DNA of 64,000 bases, taken from contig OZ024746.1 of the NCBI GenBank assembly GCA_964016885.1, positions 20,088,001 to 20,152,000 on the forward strand, read 5' to 3'. The position numbers and the translations under genes were made by a program. This stretch comes from Eledone cirrhosa (lineage: Eukaryota). The notes beneath the pieces were generated by a model, which saw nothing but the letters and a program-made list of their open reading frames with translations, was not told the DNA's origin and searched no databases. This document shows, piece by piece, positions 1 through 11,566 of this stretch. The stretch's first letter is position 1. Each line of letters begins with the position of its first letter.

Positions 1-640
1 CAGTAATGCACAGACACTGGACGAGTGCGTGCAGAACGGTTTCGTCGCTCTGCGCGCGTCTCGGGCAGGTCCGTCTGACAGCACTTCCGTGCCTGTAGGC
101 TACTATTACTAATAATTGTTTCTACTTTAATGGTTTCTTATATAGGCACAAGGCCAGCAATATTTGGGGAGGGTAAAGTCGATTAAATAGACCACAGTGC
201 TGGACTGGTACTTTTATTTTATCGACCCCGTAAGGATGAAAAGCAAAGTTAACCTCGGCGGGATTTGAACTCAGACGATAAAGGGCCCTAACTCTATGCT
301 GCAAAGCATGGCGTCCGACGCTCTACTGATACTGCCAAATACTGATTTTTGATTTAGACACAAGGCCAACAATTTGGGGGAGAGGAATATCGATTACATT
401 GACCCCCGTACGTTAAGGAGACGAGATGGGGGGGGGGGCACGTTTAACTAACGGCGACCACACCTGTTCACCGTCAAAGAAAATCTGGAGATGTAGCCTC
501 AGCATGTGTCTACGCACCATCAGCCACGGCGTGCCCAATCCTCCAATTAGCGGGTGTTGACAGCAGATCAATCGTCTGGTGCCACTTTGACAAGCTACGC
601 AAGAAGAAGCACTCTAGTGCAGTCAGACGTGGACCAGGAC
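1..640 (-). mobile_element. L1/Tx1-type LINE ORF2 fragments (1-100 and 420-640), interrupted by SINEs
   Basis: 1-100 reads YRHGSAVRRTCPRRAQSDETVLHALVQC (zf-RVT-like). 420-640 is a frameshifted homolog of the ICCQHPSNGGLGMPWL..RRHALRLRHLQ region of the copies at 3.8-5.1 kb and 29-31 kb. Confidence 0.8.
111..338 (-). mobile_element. tRNA-derived SINE, family A
   Basis: Box A (TGGCAGTATC..TAG) and box B (GAGTTCAAATCC) on the minus strand, shared body CTTTTCATCCTTACGGGGTCGATAAAATAAA, tail GTAGAAACAATTATT; more than 10 copies in the window. Confidence 0.85.
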
Positions 641-643
641 AAT

Positions 644-814
644 TGGTGCTGGTTCTTGTGGTGGCGGTGGTGGTGGTGCTGTTGCTGGCGGTGGTGGTGG
701 TGGTGCTGGTGGTGGTGGTGGTGGTGCTGGTGCTGGTACTGGTGGTGGTGGTGGTGGTGGTGGTGGTGCTGCTTGTGGTGGTGGTGGTGGTGCTTGTGGT
801 GGTGGTGGTGGTGG

Positions 815-845
<31 letters not shown>

Positions 846-946
846 GGTGGTACTGGTGGTGGTGCTGGTGGTGGTGGTTCTGGTGGTGGTGGTGCTGGTG
901 CTGGTGCTGGTGGTGGTACTGGTGGTGGTGCTGGTGGTGGTGGTTC

Positions 947-977
<31 letters not shown>

Positions 978-1219
978 GGTGCTGGTTCTGGTGGTGGTGG
1001 TTTTGGTGGTGGTGCTGGTGCTGGTGCTGGTGGTGGTACTGGTGGTGGTGCTGGTGGTGGTGGTTCTGGTGGTGGTGGTGGTGGTGGTGCTGGTGCTGGT
1101 TCTGGTGGTGGTGCTGGTGGTGGTGGTGCTGGTGCTGGTGGTGGTGGTTCTGGTGGTGGTGGTACTGGTGGTGGTTCTGGTGGTGGTGGTACTGGTGGTG
1201 GTTCTGGTGGTGCTGGTTC

Positions 1220-1277
<58 letters not shown>

Positions 1278-1305
1278 GGTGGTAGTGGTGGTGGTGGTGG
1301 CGATG
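644..1305. repeat. Complex (GGT)n microsatellite with GCT/TCT/ACT interruptions, followed by (TAG)n at about 1355-1410
   Basis: Direct reading; source of the poly-T/P/H/V/W ORFs. Confidence 0.95.
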
Positions 1306-1361
1306 GTGCAATGCCGGGAAACCACCTTTGTATTCTTATGTGACTTCTCACGCTGTAGTAA

Positions 1362-1411
<50 letters not shown>

Positions 1412-1859
1412 ATTGCTGTTGGTGGTGTTGTTGTCTTCTGCAGTGGACATTGAATTAAAATGTTGCCGTTCCATTCTTTGGACAGCCGGCTTTTTTTTTC
1501 TGCGAATATTTCATTATCCACCATGTTTTTCCAAAATAAAATGTGGGTGGCAGTGGTGGAGGGGAGTATTTGCAAATTAATTGCAGATGAATGAGGGTGT
1601 GGGGGTTAGGGGTGTTAAACAAAGAAGACACTTCAGAAATTTGTATGAAAATAATGGACATATAGTAAATATAGAACTTGTTTTTTGTTGTTGTTTTTTT
1701 AGAAGATGGAATATATATATTAGGTGGAGCTATTAAGTTACACATGGCCTGGGCCAATAATGGCCGAAACCTATCAAAGTTATCAAAGTTAAAGTCATAT
1801 AACTTTAATTATGTTAACTATATTTCACAAACAGAAGTTATACAATGATGGAAATATGA

Positions 1860-2570
1860 AAAAGAAAGATAAAAATAAAATTAAGTAATGAAAGAGAGGG
1901 AAGAGGTAAAGAAGGGCAGATCTGGCTGTAGAGGAAAGTAGAGGAAAGTAGAGGAAAGTAGAGGAAAGTAGAGGAAAGAAGTATAAATGCCACAAACGAG
2001 AAGAAAAGGAGAGAAAAAGCTAGGACTCTTGGGCCACAGAAGAAAGGGGGCGGAGAGGAGAGGGTAATGGGCTCTATGCCTAGGGCTCTATGCCTAGGGC
2101 TCTATGCCTAGCGTTCTATGCCTAGGGCTCTATGCCTAGGGCTCTATGCCTAGGGCTCTATGCCTAGGGCTCTATGCCTAGGGCTCTATGCCTAGCGTTC
2201 TATGCCTAGGGCTCTATGCCTAGGGCTCTATGCCTAGCGTTCTATGCCTAGGGCTCTATGCCTAGGGCTCTATGCCTAGGGCTCTATGCCTAGGGCTCTA
2301 TGCCTAGCGTTCTATGCCTAGGGCTCTATGCCTAGGGCTCTATGCCTAGGGCTCTATGCCTAGGGCTCTATGCCTAGCGTTCTATGCCTAGGGCTCTATG
2401 CCTAGGGCTCTATGCCTAGGGCTCTATGCCTAGGGTTCTATGCCTAGGGCGGAGTGGTGTTTCAGCTGAATTCCGCGGTCAAAACTGCAAAAGCATTCTC
2501 TGCAGATAATGACCAGTGACACCGCTGCAACAGCCACCCCACCTGGCGGAGCTCCTTCCTCCGACATGAA
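1860..2570 (-). mobile_element. CRE-type LINE 3' end with expanded tandem repeats in its 3' UTR
   Basis: 2460-2570 matches the C-terminal WLLQRVSLVILRGN.FAIL motif and the CTGAAACACCACTC UTR start of the copy at 37330-37670; a pyrimidine-rich UTR follows. Confidence 0.7.
2069..2446. repeat. 14-bp minisatellite (GGGCTCTATGCCTA) x27
   Basis: 378 bp = 27 units; variant GCGTTC at units 4, 10, 13, 18 and 23. Confidence 0.95.
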
Positions 2571-2749
2571 GGAAACACCCAAATAAGATAAGATATTATT
2601 TTAAAAGTACATAAAAACATTTAGTATTTCCACCCACATACATGCCATTGCCCTTCTTCCAGCGTTGGGAAATGTGTGCACCTGAATAATTATATTTTTC
2701 CCTCAAACTACCAAAAGCACATCTATTGGTATATGCGCTACCATTTATG

Positions 2750-3510
2750 TACAAATAAATGTTTATTTTCAATATAGAGATAATAAAAAAAGAAGGGGAA
2801 ACAAAAGGAAAGGAAGAATAGGGAAAAAAGAGAGAAAGAAAGAAGAAAAAGAACGGGAAGTGGAAGGGATGGCTCTGATGTCGCAGGACAGAAGGGTGGG
2901 TGAAGGGGGAGGGTGATTGACTTTGGGCCTAGGGCAAGGAGGCAGAAGCGCTGCCCCCCGCTGACAAGACAGCAAAAGCATTCCCTTGGACGATGGCCAG
3001 TGACACCCGTTGCAACAGTCATCCAACCTCGCGGGGCTCCCTCATCAGACGGGCCGCCGACCAGCCGATCTTGCGGAAGTACGGGGTCCAAGTAAGCCTA
3101 AGGTCTCGACGACGACCAGTGCGAAGAGGAAACGACCGGACAAACTCAGGTATTTGTTTATTTTACGTTCTTCTGCGAGGCGGGCTGCGATACCGGGGTT
3201 TGTGGCCGAAACGACTAAGCAGGTGGCGTCCCAGATGAGGGATCTACCTCCTTTGAATGGGAAGATGGTGATTCTGTCGGGGCGCTTGCCATCTCCGCGG
3301 TCTAGGCCTGCTGGCTCCAGTTGAGATGGAAAGCCGGCTGCGTCCAGGCTTCTTAATATGTCGTTGAGAGCGGCGTGTCGGAGGAACCGGCCTGCACTCT
3401 GGCAGCAAGACAGAGGGTGCAGGCCGAAGTTATCAACAAACGCCAGCAGCGGATTTATGTGGCTCATATACGCGGAGGCCAAGGCGTTGGGCTTCTCCGA
3501 TGCAAGTGCA
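2750..3510 (-). mobile_element. CRE-type non-LTR retrotransposon 3' fragment (restriction-like endonuclease)
   Basis: RHAALNDIL...EPAGLDRGDGKRPDRITIFPFKGGRSLIWDATC...AEERKINKY...VETLG, a PD-(D/E)xK RLE typical of CRE elements; frameshifted; pyrimidine-rich 3' UTR. Confidence 0.85.
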
Positions 3511-3519
3511 CCAATCTAT

Positions 3520-5500
3520 CTCTATATGTTATGTAGAGATAGATGGGAGAGGTATATAGATATAGAGGCGGGGAGGGATTTTGGTGCTAATTGATATAGA
3601 GAGGGGTATTGGAAGAGAGTTATGTGTAGTAGATATAAAGAGGGTGAGAGTTTGGTGTTAATTGATATAGAGAAGTGTATTGGAAGACACTTCCATATAG
3701 AAAATATATAGAGGGAGAGTTTGATGTTACTTGATATGGAGAGGGGTATTAGAAGAGAGTTCCGTGTAGTAGATATAGAGAGGGGGGGGAGTTGGGTATT
3801 ACTTGATATAGAGAGGGGGTTGGAAGAGAGTTGCGTGTAGTAGATATAAATTTCTATTTATTCGCCACCAGGGCATCAAAGTTTGGGACAAATACAAAGG
3901 GGGGAGTTTACATAAATTTAAAAAGACGTGTAAAAAACATATAACAAATTAAATTTAACAATCGATGTCCCCCAATAGGGAGGGGGTGTTGACGTGGGTC
4001 GCGCGCACCCCCGAAAAAATGTGCAACCCTCCTCTTCAGGAGCACAAAGAGCGGGTGCTCCCTTCCTCTCCTCTCTCACCTACAGGCTAATATAGAGAGA
4101 AGGCCCATTCACTCGGGCCATTCTCGCCACTTTCACCCACCTTTCATAAAACTTGTTGGGGTAGAGCACCTCTCTCTCCATTCTGATCCTTCTTCTAAAG
4201 TGGTACTTGAAAAAAAGGACCAGTTGTTGGCCGGAGAGAAAGGTGTCTGACCTCAGCCCTTTCAACCTCGTCCACCACACAACCTCTTTCGCCATAGCTA
4301 TCACACAGAGGAAAACCGCCTCTCCCACCCGGGCGCCCGTGTCTGTAGAGCTTGTCCCGAACGGGTAGAGCTCCTCGGTAGCATTGCCAAGCCAGGGACT
4401 TTGAGAAATTTTCCATCGGTCCCGGGCCAAACGTCCTACCGAACAGACTTGCTAGCTCGTCATTCTCCATGCCCAGAGCCTCTCCGAGAGCGTCGTCGCA
4501 CTTACTGCGCACTAACCTTCTATAGAATGTTGAGGTTGAGTCTCCACTGATTGCGGGATCCGCTTGCCAGGGGGCCGTGAGCGCCTGGGCACATTCAATG
4601 TGCCAGTCGCCCACTTTTCTCGGTCTTTGCTTGACCCAGGATTGCAGCTCGGTGAGTGAGACGAGTCTCGGAAAGGCTCGCCTCACAAACAGGGCCCACA
4701 CCGGCTGACCGGTGAGGAATACCTGGAGGTGCCGTAGCCTTAATGCGTGTCTACGCATCGTCAGCCACGGCATCCCCAGCCCTCCGTTCGAAGGGTGTTG
4801 ACAGCAGATGGATCTTCTCACCAAAGAAGTCCGCTTCTTCCAAAGGAATCGGAAGAGCGCGCGCTCCATTTTGGCGAGTGTTTTCTCTGGGCAAGGCACG
4901 ACAGTCAAGCGGTAGTAGATGACGGACGCTATATAAGCGTTCGCCACCTCCGCTCGACCTTTCAGGGACAGTTTGCACTCGGCCCACTTCTGGGCGAGTG
5001 CAAACACCCTGCCCGTTACCTCATCCCAGTTATTCTGCACTTGGAGGTCCGGTCCGAACCAGACCCCGAGCAGCTTCACCGGTCCCTCCGTCCTGCGTCC
5101 GACGATGCCGTCGGAGGGCATCGGTTTGTCCCTCCATTACGTGTAGTAGATATAGAGAGGGGGGCGGTATTACTTGATATAGCGAGGGGGATTAGAAGAG
5201 AGTTACGTGTAGTAGATATAGAGAGGGGGAGAGTTTGGTATTACTTGATATAGAGAGGGTGATTGGAAGAGAATCCCGTATACTAGATATAGAGAGGGGG
5301 AAAGTTTGGTATTACTTGATATAGCTAGGGGGATTAGAAGAGAGTTACGTGTAGTAGATATAGAGAGGGGGAGAGTTTGGTATTACTTGATATAGAAAGG
5401 GTGATTGGAAGAGAATCCCGTATACTAGATATAGAGAGGGGGGAAAGTTTGGTATTACTTGATATAGCTAGGGGGATTAGAAGAGAGTTACGTGTAGTAG
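3520..5500. repeat. Purine-rich minisatellite (GATATAGAGAGGGG...TATTACTT / GAAGAGAGTTACGTGTAGTA units) at 3520-3848 and 5137-5500, split by a Tx1 insertion
   Basis: Same units on both sides of the LINE. Confidence 0.85.
3849..5136 (-). mobile_element. 5'-truncated L1/Tx1-type LINE with an internal deletion of the zinc-finger region
   Basis: ORF 4195-5121 (VKLLGVWFG, LSLKGRAEVAN, GGLGMP) is colinear with 29.7-30.9 kb. AATAAA at the 3' end; TSD TT(G/A)CGTGTAGTAGATATA at 3831-3848 and 5137-5154. Confidence 0.9.
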
Positions 5501-5899
5501 TGTGTGTTTTGTAGTTTCTCCCCAAAATATGGCATATCGAAGTTTTCTGACCATTTTTCAGTACAAAGAACTAAACTAATCACTACAACTAAATTGACCA
5601 CATTTGCCCACCCCACCCACCACCTGCATTCAAAAATGCTTCCGCCGCTCCTGGATCATCATGTCGTGTGTTCGATTCCTGGACTGAGTTGTGTGTTGTG
5701 TTCTTCAGTAAAACATGTTACCCAGCTGAAAATGAGTACCACCAGCAATAGCTGCACGAGAGAATATACATGTAACTGAATAAGATCATAAGTAATGAGG
5801 ATAAGTTGCCTGCGTGGATAGCACATGGTGGAAAGATTTTGGTGTGAAAAACCCATCAAAGGGAAATGCTGCTGACAATTTTCATCCAACATCCCGCTT

Positions 5900-6400
5900 T
5901 GTTTTTATGTAGAAGCTTTGTTCTACCGATGATCTTTGTGGCCGAGTGGTGTACATCACAAGAATAGGAAACAAGATTACCTGCTGGAGGAAAAAAAAAC
6001 AGCAGGAGGACACCTAGAAATCATGACCTAGGCGGGCACGTTTTTTTTTTAGAACGTTCGGAGCAATGAAGGGCTAAAATACTTGCTTGTTGGGAATTCT
6101 TCCTTTGAAGATCTTCCTGCTGTCCACACGCCTCGTTGCGAGTTTCCGCATACTAGTGGTGACATCATCCAAGTAGAATAACCATCGACACCTCAAACCT
6201 TTACAGCATCGAACGCCAAAACGTGCAGGAAACGCAGGTGACGCAGGAGACGCAAGAAAATGCAATATTAACAAATCGAGCCCACGATGCAAAACGGTTC
6301 CAATATTTGGCCACAGAATATATGTTGCAATCTGATAGTGACGGTCGACCTTGTCGAAGGGTTTAGCCTGAGATAAGTTGAGGCCAGATGTGTTACCTAT
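5900..6400 (-). pseudogene. Highly degraded L1/Tx1 RT remnant
   Basis: LNLSQAKPFDKVDRHY matches LINLDQSKAFDRVDHRY; an LDDVT motif lies downstream; many indels. Confidence 0.55.
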
Positions 6401-6658
6401 GTGTGGCCAAATCTGTTACCTATGTGTTCTGCAGAGTTATCACATAAGGTGGAGGTTGTAAGAGATAGATCTGTTCAAGATCACACACATTTTTGTATCC
6501 ACGAATACACTTATAATGACATGTGTCTCTGACAATGTGTTTAGCAGATTTATGATACATACTTGTTAAATATTTGTTTCCCTGGTTCGAGTCCTACCGT
6601 AGAATGCCATAATTCCTTTTCTCACACAACTGCAAATATTTCTGGCTTTATCGATGTA

Positions 6659-6782
6659 AATAATTGTTTCTACTTTAGGCACAAGGCCAGCAATTACCCA
6701 GTGCATTACTGGTACTTTATTTTATCGACCCCGTAAGGATGAAAGGCAAAGTCAACCTCGGCGGGATTTGAACTCAGACGTA
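6659..6782 (-). mobile_element. SINE family A, 5'-truncated
   Basis: Body and tail match the other copies. Confidence 0.85.
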
Positions 6783-6843
6783 AATAATGAACCTTTGCTT
6801 AATAATTTTCTTCTAAGCTGTTTGTAATCCTCACTAATTTCTA

Positions 6844-7061
6844 TACAAAGGTCGGCTGAAAAGTTCATAGGCTGAAAAGATCATAGGTTGACCAAGATAC
6901 TCTCATGAAGTGACGAAATGAGGTTTATTTTTCAACATAGTCCTTGGAAAGAAACAATGCATTTTTTAATAAGAAGAGTTTCAAATAATGCATGCAAGAT
7001 TTCCCAGCTCTAGTATCACTACTTCATAGTCAGTCTATGAACCTTTCAGCCTACCTTCATA
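6844..7061. mobile_element. Mariner-type MITE, about 215 bp
   Basis: Imperfect TIRs TACAAAGGTCGGCTGAAAAGTTCATAGGCTGA / TCAGTCTATGAACCTTTCAGCCTACCTTCATA with TA ends; full paralog at 37741-37951, partial copies at 7837-7960 and 17575-17628. Confidence 0.8.
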
Positions 7062-7388
7062 TGTGTGTACGTGTCTACTGCCTGATGTGTAATGGCTGCA
7101 GTTTTTGTCTCATTGTTATTGCTCTGGTCCTTGCATTCGTCATGGATCATTGCTCCTAGCAACCTTTCCAACGAAAAAAAAACAATATTTTGCCTATGTC
7201 TATAATGAAACGGTGAGCGTACATTTCAACTGTACACCTCATATTATCAGGGCCACCGAAAATATCGTGATATTTATTGAAGCAATAAATTAGTTTGCTT
7301 CTACCGTCAGCTAGACGGAAAAAAGTTCATTCATATAATTGCAAAGAGACGGCGCTTGTTTTGTGTAAAAACAAGCTGTTCTTTTGTC

Positions 7389-7443
<55 letters not shown>

Positions 7444-7687
7444 TTGAGAGAGAGGGGAGTATGTTTGCTGTCGCTGGCATATTAGTTTCTTTGGTGATAA
7501 AAGTCAAAGTCATATTAGAAAAGGTCGTGCGTTCATCTATTTCGAACTATTATCATCAGCTAGAGAGTATCCTGAACGGTTACATCAGACGTTTCTAGAA
7601 GCCAGAGTTTATCATTTGATTATTCTTCAATTACAAGCCCATACCTACACACAGACACTCACACACAGACACTCGTACACACTCGCA

Positions 7688-7776
<89 letters not shown>

Positions 7777-7959
7777 GCGCGCGTTCGCATATATTTGGAC
7801 ACACGCAAATGTTTAAACATACGAGCGTGCACACATACGAAAGGTCAGCTGAAACATATATAGGCTGACTATGAAGGAGTGATGTTAGAGCTGTGAAATC
7901 TTGAATGCATTAATTTCAATTCTTCTTCTTAATAAATGCGTTGTTTCTTTCCAGACACT

Positions 7960-8075
7960 GGGTGACAGCTATCGGGATTTCTACAGTTACAATGTACCAG
8001 TGCTTGTCGATTTCTTAGATGCTACACTCGACCTAAATTTTAACCTGTTTGAACCTTATCACAAAATTCACCAGA
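7960..8075 (+). pseudogene. Penelope-like RT fragment
   Basis: VDFLDATLDLNFNLFEPYHK resembles the FLD..L.L....Y.PY.K segment of PLE reverse transcriptases. Confidence 0.55.
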
Positions 8076-8320
8076 TGATAAAATGACCAGATGAGATGAA
8101 CGACAGAGAATACATGAGCTAAGAACAAAAATGGACATTACATGAATTATAAGCAGTGTTGAAGAGAGACTTGCTGCACTCATATAGAACAAGTAGAAGA
8201 AGCCAATATATATATATTCTCAAGAGATGTCAACATGAATGGACCTGTTATTTTTATCTAAAGACATCTTTTCCAATTCCAACCCGCCCATTCCTTCAAT
8301 CTATCTTATTTCTCATTCTT

Positions 8321-8356
8321 TCGTCTGATGAAGGACTAGCGACCGAAACGTTAAGA
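8321..8356 (+). ncRNA. Minimal type I hammerhead ribozyme motif (PLE pseudo-LTR)
   Basis: tcgt-CTGATGA-a-ggac tagc gacc-GAAA-cg-TT-aaga; one mismatch each in stems I and II. Confidence 0.7.
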
Positions 8357-8555
8357 CCCTCTTATTTCTGTTATTTCAAGCGTTAACCTAATATATTCCT
8401 TCCATATACTGTACCGATTGTGTTGTTATTTCTGTTTACTTTTTACATACATATATATATATTCTCTTTTACGTGTTTCAACCATCCGGCTGAGGCCATG
8501 CTGGGGCACCGCATATATATATATATATATATATGCGCAAAAAATAAACGGAAAG

Positions 8556-8591
8556 TATTAACGTTTCGGACACTAGTCCTTCATCAGAAGA
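8556..8591 (-). ncRNA. Minimal type I hammerhead ribozyme motif, inverted sister copy
   Basis: tctt-CTGATGA-a-GGAC tagt GTCC-GAAA-cg-TT-aata. Confidence 0.72.
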
Positions 8592-8705
8592 TAGAATGAG
8601 AAAAAAAGATAAAATAGAAAGATAGAGAGTAAGAAGGGGGGGGGGGGGGCGAAAAAAGACCATTTTTTAAAGAAAAGCACGTGTTTATTCAGTCAGCCAT
8701 TTTGA

Positions 8706-8778
<73 letters not shown>

Positions 8779-9105
8779 ATGTGTGTGTAAGAATATATAG
8801 GGACGTATTACTATTCAATTCATGATAGATTGTGTGAGTGTTTATTGTATGAGGGCTCAAACTCTTATCTATCATTGGCCAGCTTGTACCAATCATTCGC
8901 ACAGAGGGTAATGTTATTGGACCTTGCCCTTATTGCATAAAAGAGTTCTATTCATTTTAACAGACTTTTATTATTTACTGAAATCTTTTACAATATCTGT
9001 AACGATATCTTTGTTGATTTAAAACCTTTCGCAATCTAACTATCTATTTATTCGTTATAAATATATATATATATATTTTCACACACACACACATGCGCAC
9101 ATGTG

Positions 9106-9230
<125 letters not shown>

Positions 9231-9244
9231 ATACATGTATAGAT

Positions 9245-9618
9245 CATCATCATCAGGTCGAGCTTGCTCGGCTTTCTACGACACGCTTCCTCCATCCATC
9301 TCTGTCTCTCATAGCGTTTGCCAGTTCTTCCGCAGTGCATCCAGTATCGTCCTCAAGTTGCTTGACGTTATGTCTTCTTGGGACGACCAGCGTTTCTTGC
9401 TCTATGAGATGGACTCCATAAGAACACGTTGAAACTGGAGAAAAAGCTAGACGGGGCATACACACGTATGCTCCGCGCTGCTTTAAACGTGTCTTGGAGG
9501 GAACATCCAACAAATAAGGATCTCTATGGCAATATACCACCTATCAGCAGGTCAATACGTGGACAGAGACTCAGATTTGCTGACCACTGTTGGCGCAGCA
9601 AAGAAGAAATAGCAGGTG
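9245..9618 (-). mobile_element. RTE-clade LINE 3' end with a 5' inversion
   Basis: Minus 9245-9390 encodes VKQLEDDTG..MRDRDGWRKRV plus a (TGA)n tail. Plus 9390-9620 encodes KLDGAYTRMLRAALNVSW..RLRFADHCWR. TSD ATGTATAGAT at 9235-9244 and 9619-9628. Confidence 0.85.
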
Positions 9619-9647
9619 ATGTATAGATAGTAATGTGTATCTATCTA

Positions 9648-9729
<82 letters not shown>

Positions 9730-9975
9730 TTAAGCAAAACAAGACCACAAATTTCACAAGGAAAACATTATTAAAAGATTGTCAACATATTTTAGTTTGA
9801 TGTAAGGAATATAGAGAATAATAATAATAATATTAATAATAATAATGTCCGTTTACAATTGTTTCGCTACTCCATATAATATTTCTGGATCAGATGACTA
9901 TATATCATTATTGATCTGGTTCAGTTGAAAATAATTAACATATTTAAAAACTGGAGAAGCTGATGTTTAAGTCCT

Positions 9976-10830
9976 ACATCACATCACTAAAGGACTTAAA
10001 CATCAGCTTCTCCACGCACTGGGATATTGTCGGCAGGGCTGCACCGTACAACTTCAAGAGGAAATGCGATCTTTGCCTCATGGAGCTCTACCACATCATA
10101 ACTGCACCCCACGAGCTCATCAACAGCAGAGCTGAAACAGCGATAAGTGGTACACATCGCTTAAAAATATCCTTCTTCAGATGGGTTAAGGATGAGGAGT
10201 GAAACCGTGCACCGGATCTCCCTACAGCAAGTCTTAACACCCCGGCGGGCAGGCGCTGCAAAATAACACCCAGGAAACTATCCTTACATACCAGACCCAG
10301 CCTCAAACGACTCAGACAAACAGATGCAGCAAAAAAAAAAACCCCTCAAAATAAGCGTTGATTATATGCGTATCGACAATGGTAAGGTTGTAACCTCATC
10401 TCGTAGCGGATAAAAAAAATTTGTCCGGGAAAGACTGCCCTAACACCGGCCAAAGTTACCTCCCTTGACCTGCTGCAAAATCAAAACAAGCTATTTTTGC
10501 GAGAAATGAACCTTGACGTGGATTTAACCCCAATAACTCTTTCCGAGCAATGTAAGGAACACTTTTGATTATTTAAGCCCTTGAGAAGCCCAACTGGGCG
10601 AAACGTACGTAGGTGCTGTTTTAAATAAACATGTTTTAACGGTCTATTCTCCGATTTCTTACTTTCCCACGTGCTTACGCTCTGCTAATTCTCTAGCCCA
10701 CTAAATATTAACACTTCGAATATTTAATACTGCCTGCACTAGCATCGAGCACCTTTGGCATACGCTACTTGGCAAATAACTATATGTATCACCTATCCTC
10801 CCCTTTTTTTTCTCTCTCTCTCGATACGTA
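9976..10830 (+). mobile_element. Penelope-like element 3' fragment (GIY-YIG C-terminus plus pLTR)
   Basis: WDIVGRAAPYNFKRKCDLCLMELYHII..LINSRAE...HR is homologous to 21.1-21.4 kb; hammerhead downstream. Confidence 0.8.
10576..10617 (+). ncRNA. Type I hammerhead ribozyme motif, U3-A8 core variant
   Basis: agccc-TTGAGAA-GCCC aact GGGC-GAAA-cgtacg-TA-ggtgct; palindromic stem III ACGTACGT. Confidence 0.7.
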
Positions 10831-10837
10831 AATACTG

Positions 10838-10868
<31 letters not shown>

Positions 10869-11107
10869 GTTAAAAATGTACATCCACATATGTATACTGA
10901 AATAATAGTATGCATATGAATACACACACGTGTACATATGTAGATGTACCGAGTTTTCACTGGTCACTTTACTGTGAGTGTCCAGCTATTCTGTATGTAA
11001 ACACACATACAAACCGGTTTTTAGAGTCATACTGGTTATTGTTTAAGCGTCAGTCATACAAAAGTGAGTTACAAACGAAACGAAATTTAATTTCGTTTCG
11101 TTATTTG

Positions 11108-11164
<57 letters not shown>

Positions 11165-11524
11165 AGTAAGGATATTACATAACATTAGATATCGGATGGT
11201 TTCATTGGAGAAACACATTTTTTATTGTTATACCTCACTTCTGATCAACATATTTCATCAGACCTTTAAATGTTTATAGATGGCTGATCGTTAGATTGCG
11301 TGAAATTACAAGAAGGTTCACGTATTATCTGTGAGTTGGAGGTAGAAAGGGACAAAGCAACCGGTTACTCTTCTGTTTATCTGTTTTATGTTGTTAAATT
11401 GTTGTCATGAAGTCATTGTATTTAATGGAATTGTTTGGATAGCTTAGACAGGAGTTTAGAGTCTGACACAGTCTCCTCCTTTTCACTTAGTTTCAATTTT
11501 CATATCTTTCTTCTCTTTCTTTGA

Positions 11525-11526
11525 TT

Positions 11527-11566
<40 letters not shown>

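Noticed and set aside
510-1474. Long Pro-, Thr-, His-, Val- and Trp-rich ORFs (formin/extensin/mucin-like)
   Set aside because: They are translations of a (GGT)n microsatellite open in several frames, abutting a Tx1 fragment; no domain or splice support.
2069-2446. CRISPR-like regular repeat
   Set aside because: Head-to-tail 14-mers with no unique spacers and no cas genes; eukaryotic context.
7583-7620. Hammerhead-like motif on the minus strand (ATCA...GAAA-cg-TC-TGAT)
   Set aside because: The core reads AATGATAA and stem II does not pair; too degenerate to call.
11074-11102. 13-bp-arm palindrome AACGAAACGAAAT/ATTTCGTTTCGTT
   Set aside because: Short, low-complexity and single; no supportable function.
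11235-11270. CTGATGA on the minus strand
   Set aside because: Followed by GAAG, with no stems I or III.
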